A stretch of DNA of 5,657 bases, from IMG/VR virus record IMGVR_UViG_2609460218_000011. One strand, written 5' to 3'. Source of the stretch: a virus (lineage: Duplodnaviria; Heunggongvirae; Uroviricota; Caudoviricetes). This document shows, piece by piece, positions 1 to 5,486 of this stretch. Made by a program: the position numbers and the translations under genes. The first letter of the stretch is position 1; every line of letters begins with the position of its first letter. The notes beneath the pieces were generated by a model. That model saw only the letters and a program-made list of their open reading frames with translations. It was not told the origin of the DNA and searched no databases.

Positions 1-131
1 ATGAACTGCAGTTGCCATGTTTTACGGCAGTGAGAGCAGAGATAGCGCTGATGTCCGGCGGTGCTTTTGCCGTTACGCACCACCCCGTCAGTAGCTGAAC
101 AGGAGGGACAGCTGATAGAAACAGAAGCCAC
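1..131 (-). CDS. insA: IS1 InsA, N-terminal 43 codons; 3' part lies outside the window
   Basis: The minus-strand frame starting at GTG (complement of 129-131) translates to [43 protein letters not shown], which matches the InsA N-terminus from memory. The start lies ~55 nt inside the IRL, as expected for IS1. Confidence 0.85.
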   Translation of the reverse strand, partial: MASVSISCPSCSATDGVVRNGKSTAGHQRYLCSHCRKTWQLQF

Positions 132-186
132 TGGAGCACCTCAAAAACACCATCATACACTAAATCAGTAAGTTGGCAGCATCACC
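1..186 (-). mobile_element. IS1-family insertion sequence, partial copy cut by the window edge; left inverted repeat (IRL) terminus at position 186
   Basis: Read on the minus strand from 186 down to 1, the sequence is the IS1 left end GGTGATGCTGCCAACTTACTGATTTAGTGTATGATGGTG... as I recall it. The same ~170 nt recur in forward orientation at 5487-5657. The element continues beyond the window start. Confidence 0.9.
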
Positions 187-254
187 ATTTCACGATTATA
201 TACAGCGGCATTGCTCAGTCTGCACAAGTCACGGCCCCTCCGCAGAGCTGGCAG

Positions 255-1406
255 GTGGATATCACTCCGGAACTGAAAACAGCACTGAAAGCACCTAATC
301 GCCTGTCAGAAATTGCTGATGAAGGCAAAGAGGCACAACAGGAATCACGCGATAATCTCGGGCTAAAAAAAGCGGCCACAATGGAACCTCAGAATGGTAT
401 CCGTGACCGTTCTGAAGGTCGTCTGGCGACACCTGGTGCATTTGGTTTTAGTCACAGGTTTATTCCGGGGGAGGCCGTCAGGTTTAAATCTGAGGCTGAT
501 TTTCTGGCATGGGCAAGATATGTGGAGCCAGGAGAATATTATGTGGATGGGGCAAACGGTGTACTTCCCGGCATTGTTTTTCAGGGGGTGATAAGTATCC
601 GCTGGCTGGAAGCAAACCATAACCCACCACTTCCGTTACATACAGCAAAGGCCATTATTTTCTACGGCATTAATGGCAATATTTATTACAACCGTTACTG
701 GTCCACTGGTAATGGCTGGCTGACTGGCTGGGAAAACCTGAAAGTAAACGAGGTTGCACTCAGGGAACTTATTGAAACAAGGGCTCCTCTGGAAAGCCCG
801 GAATTCACAGGAAAGCCGACTACACCAACACCGCCGGATGATGCAGCAGGTAATGAAATTGCCAGTGTGGCCTTTGTTCGCAAACAGATGGAATCTCTTG
901 ACACCACTTCACCAGAGGGTCCCGAAATTTCTTCTGCGCCGACCAATTTACTGTCCAGACAACAATCCGGAGACTTATTTGTTGATGGCGCTCATCCGGT
1001 CATTCCAAAGGTGGCTGTAAGTACCCTGAACAGCAACCTGGATTCATTTAAAAGTCTGCCGGATGGTTCACGTATTTATGCTATGGAACTGGATGTATCT
1101 AATCCTGTCAGGAAATCCTCTGTTGGAGGAGTGGGTATCGCTGTTTCTGCTCTGCTCGAACCACGTTATCTCTACATGAATCAGAACCGACAATACATTC
1201 CTGCTCAGTATTTTGTCGGTTCTGTCTCGGCTACCGCGAGCACAATAACAGTAAGAATACGGGTGGTGATGCCAGACACACCTTACTATGCACTGGATAC
1301 ATCGACACTGGAGGAGACAGCCAGCGCAAAAAATGGACCTCTTCCCTGTATTGTGGTGGCAAAAATATTTGCGGGAACAACATTACGCCAGAACGGAATG
1401 GGGTAA
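255..1406 (+). CDS. Phage side tail fibre protein, C-terminal fragment; 5' end apparently replaced by the IS1 insertion
   Basis: Long ORF ending TAA 1404-1406. The frame has no stop between 99 and 255, so it stays open upstream through the IS1 junction at 186/187; GTG 255 is only the first possible start in the track. The segment FTGKPTTPTPPDDAAGNEIASVAFV (about nt 803-889) resembles the conserved phage tail-fibre repeat (F-T-G-x-P-T-x-P-T ... I-A-x-x-A-F-V). Composition is rich in G/S/T/N, typical of fibre distal domains. Confidence 0.6.
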   Translation: MDITPELKTALKAPNRLSEIADEGKEAQQESRDNLGLKKAATMEPQNGIRDRSEGRLATPGAFGFSHRFIPGEAVRFKSEADFLAWARYVEPGEYYVDGANGVLPGIVFQGVISIRWLEANHNPPLPLHTAKAIIFYGINGNIYYNRYWSTGNGWLTGWENLKVNEVALRELIETRAPLESPEFTGKPTTPTPPDDAAGNEIASVAFVRKQMESLDTTSPEGPEISSAPTNLLSRQQSGDLFVDGAHPVIPKVAVSTLNSNLDSFKSLPDGSRIYAMELDVSNPVRKSSVGGVGIAVSALLEPRYLYMNQNRQYIPAQYFVGSVSATASTITVRIRVVMPDTPYYALDTSTLEETASAKNGPLPCIVVAKIFAGTTLRQNGMG

Positions 1407-1430
1407 TATCCGGACACACAGGAAGAACAA

Positions 1431-1931
1431 ATGAACAATTCAACATGGATACGCTCTGTTTTGCGACCAGCCCCCATAGCTATTACCTGTTCAATGGTTT
1501 GCCTCCACCCATGGTCAGAAAATACGGGAAACATTACACCATCAGGGCATTACCTCAGCCCGGATAATGCTGTATCCGCGCTTTTACCTTATCTGACAGA
1601 AAACACAGAAAAAAGACGTTGTGGCGCTGTTATTTTGCGCCCCGTCTGCTGGCGAGTTTTTATCACTCGCCAGGCAATTTTCAGGCGCATTTCCGTTACC
1701 AGAGGTGGGACGAATGTCCCGCATGATCTCCAGCCAGTTTTCACTGGCCATCAGCAGAATGCAAATCCCCGCCAGACCGGTAACATCACTTCCGGAACCG
1801 ATAATGCTATCGACACAGACCACTCGCAGCATGTCGCTGGCGGCAACCATTGCACAGGCAGCCACTCCTGCCGTCACATCACCGGAAACATTGTCATCAT
1901 CACTGCGTCAGTTCATGAATGCGAGAGATAA
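1431..1931 (+). CDS. Hypothetical protein in the position expected for a tail-fibre assembly/chaperone gene; frame assignment ambiguous
   Basis: ATG 1431 lies 25 nt after the fibre stop and is preceded by the SD-like AGGAAG (1420-1425, 5-nt spacer). The downstream half of the translation is rich in Cys/His/Arg and looks like an out-of-frame read. It overlaps the frame-1 ORF 1621-2154 and the antisense ORF 1584-1877, which shares the same codon register. Confidence 0.3.
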   Translation: MNNSTWIRSVLRPAPIAITCSMVCLHPWSENTGNITPSGHYLSPDNAVSALLPYLTENTEKRRCGAVILRPVCWRVFITRQAIFRRISVTRGGTNVPHDLQPVFTGHQQNANPRQTGNITSGTDNAIDTDHSQHVAGGNHCTGSHSCRHITGNIVIITASVHECER

Positions 1932-2154
1932 AGCCTTACAGGAAATCGCTGATCAGCAGGCCGCACTCCGGCAAAAATTTTGCCCGGTGTGGCGCTTTTG
2001 CCACAAGGGAGCCCTTAGCCAGGCCGCAGTGCTGATACAAAAAAACATCCCACACCCCGAGTGGGTTTTTACAGCTGTGATGCTGTTCGTCGGCGATAAT
2101 CTCTCATCACTAAGGGAAACACTACATGACCCAGATGATTGTCCTTGCGCTTGA
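1621..2154 (+). CDS. Hypothetical protein, alternative frame; may be the continuation of the 1431 ORF after a frameshift
   Basis: This frame opens at 1597 (after TGA 1594-1596), 12 nt upstream of an A6 run (1609-1614). Internal ATG 1712 is preceded by GAGGTGGGA. The translation contains plausible helical stretches such as DKALQEIADQQAALRQK. Its end overlaps the 2126 start by 29 nt. Confidence 0.25.
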   Translation: MALLFCAPSAGEFLSLARQFSGAFPLPEVGRMSRMISSQFSLAISRMQIPARPVTSLPEPIMLSTQTTRSMSLAATIAQAATPAVTSPETLSSSLRQFMNARDKALQEIADQQAALRQKFCPVWRFCHKGALSQAAVLIQKNIPHPEWVFTAVMLFVGDNLSSLRETLHDPDDCPCA

Positions 2155-2701
2155 CGGGGAAGCCATTCTGCTGCGCAACATCACCGTCAGCGCCACCATG
2201 CAACTACCGGACAAAGATATGTCCGGACAATCAACCAGCACCACGAGCGCCCAGCAGGGAAACAAGGCCAAAGAGCTGCGCGTATCGGGGATTATTGATT
2301 TTAACGATGAAGCTATTTTGACCCGTATTTTTCAGCTTGCGGAGGCAACAGAAAGCAACGGAGCCAAAAAAACATACCGCATCGCCAACGCTACTGCTAA
2401 GGCGATTAATATGCGACAGGGTGTTTTTTCGGGCAGCATCGATGCCACGGAACAACAGGGCAAGATGCACTGGCAGGTCACCTTTACCCTCAGGGAAAAA
2501 TTAAGCGTGCCGGAAAAAGCATCGGCACGCAGTGGCTCACAGAAAACAATCGCAAAGCAGCAGACACAGAACGGCAGTGAGCAGGTACCGGATAAAGGAA
2601 TGAATACCCAGGAGACTTTCTGGAAAAATATCAATGATGGTATTGGCTCCGGTCTGGACTGGATTGGCATCGGGAGCGTGAAGGAGGAAGGGAAAACATG
2701 A
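2126..2701 (+). CDS. Hypothetical protein (191 aa), first gene of a coupled pair; probably phage-associated
   Basis: SD-like AAGGGA (2112-2117) lies 8 nt upstream of ATG 2126. Its stop TGA 2699-2701 overlaps the next start ATG 2698-2700 (ATGA), indicating translational coupling. No catalytic motif recognised by eye. Confidence 0.6.
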   Translation: MTQMIVLALDGEAILLRNITVSATMQLPDKDMSGQSTSTTSAQQGNKAKELRVSGIIDFNDEAILTRIFQLAEATESNGAKKTYRIANATAKAINMRQGVFSGSIDATEQQGKMHWQVTFTLREKLSVPEKASARSGSQKTIAKQQTQNGSEQVPDKGMNTQETFWKNINDGIGSGLDWIGIGSVKEEGKT

Positions 2702-4395
2702 AATTAATCCAACGCTGTATGATTAATGGCGAGCTGGCGGAAATTGCCGATATCAGCCTTGTTCTTACCCTGAATGCTGCCGGTCGTGGTTTCATTTCTG
2801 TTAATAATCTGCCACCCAAAAAAAGTCTTGCCGGCGCAATGATACAAATTGATCTCGGCCGTAATGGTGAGGCATGGCGCTATTTCTCCGGCTACATTGA
2901 ACGCGATCAACCCGCCGAAAATGGCTCACGCCGCCTTTTTATCCGTGAAGCAGCTGCCGTGCTGGATTTTGATTTCCCCTGCTCCATGCAACATCCAACG
3001 TTACGGGATGTACTCGATAATCTGGGTAAACAAAGCGGCATCGTTTTCATCACGCCAGACGCGGATTACGTCGGTACTCCGACACCTTACATCACCCACA
3101 GCGGCAGCGGAACACAACTGCTTAGCCAGCTGGGGCGAGCATTCAGTATCAGCGATTACGTCTGGCATCCAATGCCGGACGGTTCCGTATTTGTGGGAAG
3201 CGCATCGGATTCACGGTTTGCCAGTATTACCATGCCGGATATTCCGCAACAGTACACACTCGGGCAAAGCGGCGGAAACAGCATCGACATCATGTTTATG
3301 GAAACTGTGCGACCGGGCGTGAACCTTCCAGCCGGGCGCATTACCCGTGTAGCCCTCAACAACGAGAAAATGACCCTGACATGGGAACGCCTTACCACCA
3401 CGGGTAGCCCTGTTTCCAAATCACCATTACGCAGACAGATGGAAACACAGTTCCCGGAACTGGCCAGCGGTACTCTACATACCAGGCTGGCGCGCGTCAT
3501 TGCCCCAACGGAATCCGTCACCCTGGGCGATGTTGCCGACAGTTTCCGCCCACGCTACGCCGTCGATGTGCAACTGCTTGATGAGAACGGCAACGATAAA
3601 AGCGATACGCCTGTTTATCCGGCAGTACCACTCCCCGTCCCGATGGCTGGTAGCGAGGCGGGATGTTTTGCCTACCCGCCGGCTGGCACCATCGTGGAAA
3701 TATCCAACATTGAAGGACGACCGGATAAACCTGTCATCAGGCAAATCTTACCCGCAGGCCATAACCTGCCTGATGTAAAGCCCGGCGAACAGCTGCAGCA
3801 ACAGCGCGCAGAAGTGTTTCAGCGCGTCACAACTGACGGAAGCTGGCACAGAGAAACCGACCAGCAAATCAGGGAGCATTCAGCCAGGCGAACCATTAAC
3901 AGCGATCAGGAAGAACGCACAACAACAACCAGAACAACAACAGTCCAGGCAAACGACATAACCAGTGTTCTTGGTACCAGCAAACTGATGACAGGCCAGA
4001 CAGAACACCTTACTACCGGCAATTATGCGATCGCAGCCGGTGAGCATATCCAGATGGTAGCGCAGGATTTGCTGACTCAACTCAAAGGGGCGATATCCAC
4101 CATTGAGCATGACCTCACCGAAAACGTGGGAGGCCGCAGAACATGCAGAGCGGACGGCGGTCTGGAGTTTACCGCTCCGACAGTATTTATTGGTCGCGGC
4201 GGCTCGCGGGAAAAGTCAGGGCTTAACCTGCTGACGTTGCTGATCGATATTCTGGATCTGATTCAATTACTGGCCACACATACAGCAAACCACACCCATA
4301 GCAACACTGACGCACCAATGAACAGCAGCGAACTTGCCGCAGATGCCCTGCAGGCGACGAGCCTGCGCGAAAAATACGGCGACATTATCGCCTGA
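2698..4395 (+). CDS. Hypothetical protein (565 aa), possibly a phage tail/fibre-associated structural protein
   Basis: Longest ORF in the window. AGGAGG (2682-2687) and GGGAA lie upstream of ATG 2698, which is coupled to the upstream gene. It contains a Thr-rich low-complexity tract (ERTTTTRTTTVQ, about nt 3910-3947) and a C-terminal His-rich motif ATHTANHTHSNTD (about nt 4273-4311). It is followed by a hairpin terminator. No NTPase or nuclease motif recognised. Confidence 0.7.
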   Translation: MKLIQRCMINGELAEIADISLVLTLNAAGRGFISVNNLPPKKSLAGAMIQIDLGRNGEAWRYFSGYIERDQPAENGSRRLFIREAAAVLDFDFPCSMQHPTLRDVLDNLGKQSGIVFITPDADYVGTPTPYITHSGSGTQLLSQLGRAFSISDYVWHPMPDGSVFVGSASDSRFASITMPDIPQQYTLGQSGGNSIDIMFMETVRPGVNLPAGRITRVALNNEKMTLTWERLTTTGSPVSKSPLRRQMETQFPELASGTLHTRLARVIAPTESVTLGDVADSFRPRYAVDVQLLDENGNDKSDTPVYPAVPLPVPMAGSEAGCFAYPPAGTIVEISNIEGRPDKPVIRQILPAGHNLPDVKPGEQLQQQRAEVFQRVTTDGSWHRETDQQIREHSARRTINSDQEERTTTTRTTTVQANDITSVLGTSKLMTGQTEHLTTGNYAIAAGEHIQMVAQDLLTQLKGAISTIEHDLTENVGGRRTCRADGGLEFTAPTVFIGRGGSREKSGLNLLTLLIDILDLIQLLATHTANHTHSNTDAPMNSSELAADALQATSLREKYGDIIA

Positions 4396-4435
4396 ACACC
4401 AGACATAAAAGCCACATAAACGCCCCATCACGCAA

Positions 4436-4459
4436 CGCACGGTCCCGGCCGTGCGTTTT
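4436..4459 (+). terminator. Putative Rho-independent terminator of the 191/565-aa operon
   Basis: Stem CGCACGG (4436-4442), loop TCCCGG, stem CCGTGCG (4449-4455), then TTTT (4456-4459); 41 nt downstream of the stop at 4395. The T-tract is short. Confidence 0.5.
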
Positions 4460-4935
4460 CATATCTGCCACCTGATTAATCGTTCTGCGTGCCATTCTGG
4501 CGCTGTATGCGCACACCGCGCAAACGGCGTGACGTAAAGCGTGAGGTGACGTAAACCGCGCTACCCCCTCCAACCCGCGGGTTTTGTGTCGAAACACTTT
4601 TTCAGTTTTCTGCCGTGCAAAAATGACCGCCAGCCCGCGCAGCGACTGAGGGAAAAGCGAAGATCTGAAATTTCACGCTTTGAAATTTTTTGCAGTTTTC
4701 AGCGAGTTTTTTACGATCTCATAAATGGCAGGAGCAATGAAACTGCATGATATTAAAAGAGTTTTCATGCTTTGCGCGAGACGAAAAACGATCAAAAAGG
4801 ATCGCGACAAAAAATCGTCAAACAACGAAGCCAGACGCGGCGCGGCCTGCGTAAAATTGAGAGTCAAAATTAAACTGAAAAAAGGATCAATAACGCGCCT
4901 CGATCGCACATGACGATCTACGCAGCAACAGAGCG

Positions 4936-4958
4936 AAAAAAACCGGCGCGAACGCCGG
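4936..4958 (-). terminator. Strong Rho-independent terminator acting on the minus strand
   Basis: On the minus strand: CCGGCG (comp. 4953-4958), UUCG tetraloop, CGCCGG (comp. 4943-4948), then seven U (comp. 4936-4942). The plus strand has no T-tract after the hairpin, so it is directional. Confidence 0.55.
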
Positions 4959-5000
4959 CGGAAGCATGTATCAAATGCGTGACTGAATAATGTATAAGGT
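4936..5000 (-). ncRNA. Candidate small RNA of about 60 nt, transcribed divergently from the hok-type promoter
   Basis: Minus-strand sigma70-like promoter: -35 TTGAGG (complement of 5030-5035), 18-bp spacer, -10 TAAAAT (complement of 5006-5011). This predicts a start near 4998-5000 and termination at the 4936-4958 terminator. No ORF of note lies inside. Confidence 0.25.
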
Positions 5001-5039
5001 CGGGAATTTTACATCAGAAGACCGACAAACCTCAACGGA

Positions 5040-5069
5040 TTGAAACAAGGGAAAAAACCAGGCTAGAAT
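5040..5069 (+). promoter_or_regulatory. Sigma70-like promoter of the hok-type toxin transcript
   Basis: -35 TTGAAA (5040-5045), 18-bp spacer, -10 TAGAAT (5064-5069). The predicted start near 5076 coincides with the first base of the 5' fold-back element. Confidence 0.45.
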
Positions 5070-5075
5070 TCGCGC

Positions 5076-5427
5076 GGGTGCCTTTCGGCTGATGGCTGGA
5101 GGGAATACCTGAAGGCCGGATGTGGAAAGGCCCCGGAAAACATTTTTGTTTAACCGAGGCCCTAACCATCTACCCTAGACAAGTGATAGGTTAGCGCCTC
5201 CCCGAAAAAGGAGCAAGCGCTATGTCGCAAAAATCGCTTACAGCCATCACGTTCTGCGTGACGGCAATCCTCATCATCTGGATGTTGCACGGTTCACTGT
5301 GTGAGATACGGATGAGTTTTTGGGGAGCGGAGTTTGCGGCGTTCTTACAGTGTAAACAGTAAGGAAACCGCGGCGGGGGAGCAATCCCCCGTCAATCGGT
5401 TGCTAAGGTAAGGTCGTAAAGGCACCC
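5076..5427 (+). other. hok/gef-type toxin mRNA unit with 5' (tac-like) and 3' (fbi-like) complementary elements
   Basis: GGGTGCCTTT at 5076-5085 is the exact reverse complement of AAAGGCACCC at 5418-5427 (10/10). A GC-rich hairpin (GGGGGA-GCAA-TCCCCC, 5375-5390) sits in the 3' UTR. This matches the long-range 5'/3' pairing known for hok mRNAs. Confidence 0.55.
5222..5362 (+). CDS. Hok/Gef-family type I toxin (46 aa), small membrane peptide
   Basis: Translation: MSQKSLTAITFCVTAILIIWMLHGSLCEIRMSFWGAEFAAFLQCKQ. It has an N-terminal hydrophobic helix, the conserved SLCEIR motif and a C-terminal Cys, as in Hok-family peptides. SD AAGGAG (5208-5213) lies 8 nt upstream of ATG 5222; stop TAA 5360-5362. 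Not in the ORF track because it is under 60 codons. The specific paralogue is not recognised, so no symbol is given. Confidence 0.75.
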   Translation: MSQKSLTAITFCVTAILIIWMLHGSLCEIRMSFWGAEFAAFLQCKQ

Positions 5428-5486
5428 TATCTTCTAACATATGAGTGGAAAATCCTACGGGGAAAAATGTAAACCTCGTCCTTGCC

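Noticed and set aside
363-1534. ORF-track entries 363-620 (-), 394-591 (+), 695-946 (-), 754-1020 (+), 1231-1446 (-), 1286-1534 (-)
   Set aside because: All lie inside or antisense to the long tail-fibre frame, have no ribosome-binding sites I could see, and give Cys/Arg/Trp-rich translations typical of off-frame reads.
1584-1877. Antisense ORF 1584-1877 (-) as the true gene of the ambiguous region
   Set aside because: Not excluded, since it shares the codon register of the 1431 frame and so would show the same periodicity. It is shorter, has no obvious start context, and would run against the otherwise co-directional gene order, so it was not listed as a feature.
2066-2100. Possible internal promoter for the coupled pair (-10-like GATAAT at 2095-2100)
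   Set aside because: No acceptable -35 hexamer at 16-18 bp spacing (the nearest T-rich candidate is about 23 bp away), so not called.
2139-4110. Nested ORFs 2139-2321 (+), 2231-2470 (-), 2332-2670 (-), 2631-2819 (-), 2704-2910 (-), 2849-3322 (+), 3156-3521 (-), 3475-3744 (-), 3500-3778 (+), 3880-4110 (-)
   Set aside because: All are embedded in the coupled 191-aa and 565-aa genes, in alternative frames or antisense. The long coupled ORFs with ribosome-binding sites explain the region better.
4572-4583. Perfect 12-bp palindrome AACCCGCGGGTT followed by TTTGTGT
   Set aside because: As a hairpin it forms only about 4 bp with a 4-nt loop and has a weak T-tract, which is too weak to call a terminator. 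It may simply contain a CCGCGG restriction-type palindrome.
4385-4597. ORF 4385-4597 (-), 70 aa
   Set aside because: Spans the plus-strand terminator hairpin and the tandem-repeat region. The translation is Arg/Cys/Ala-rich and no start signals are evident, so it is probably a chance open frame in GC-rich intergenic DNA.
4673-4909. ORF 4673-4909 (-), 78 aa
   Set aside because: Antisense to the A-rich GATC cluster, with a low-complexity Phe/Leu/Ser-rich translation, a GTG start with no SD, and no support beyond being open.
4662-4918. GATC cluster as a replication origin
   Set aside because: No DnaA-box-like 9-mers (TTATCCACA or close variants), no clear iterons, and no adjacent initiator gene were seen, so it is kept as a regulatory or methylation hypothesis only.
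5092-5194. Short ORFs ATG 5092-TGA 5110 and ATG 5120-TAG 5192 as mok
   Set aside because: The first is 6 codons. The second is in the same frame as hok and stops before it, so neither provides the overlapping coupling frame expected of mok.
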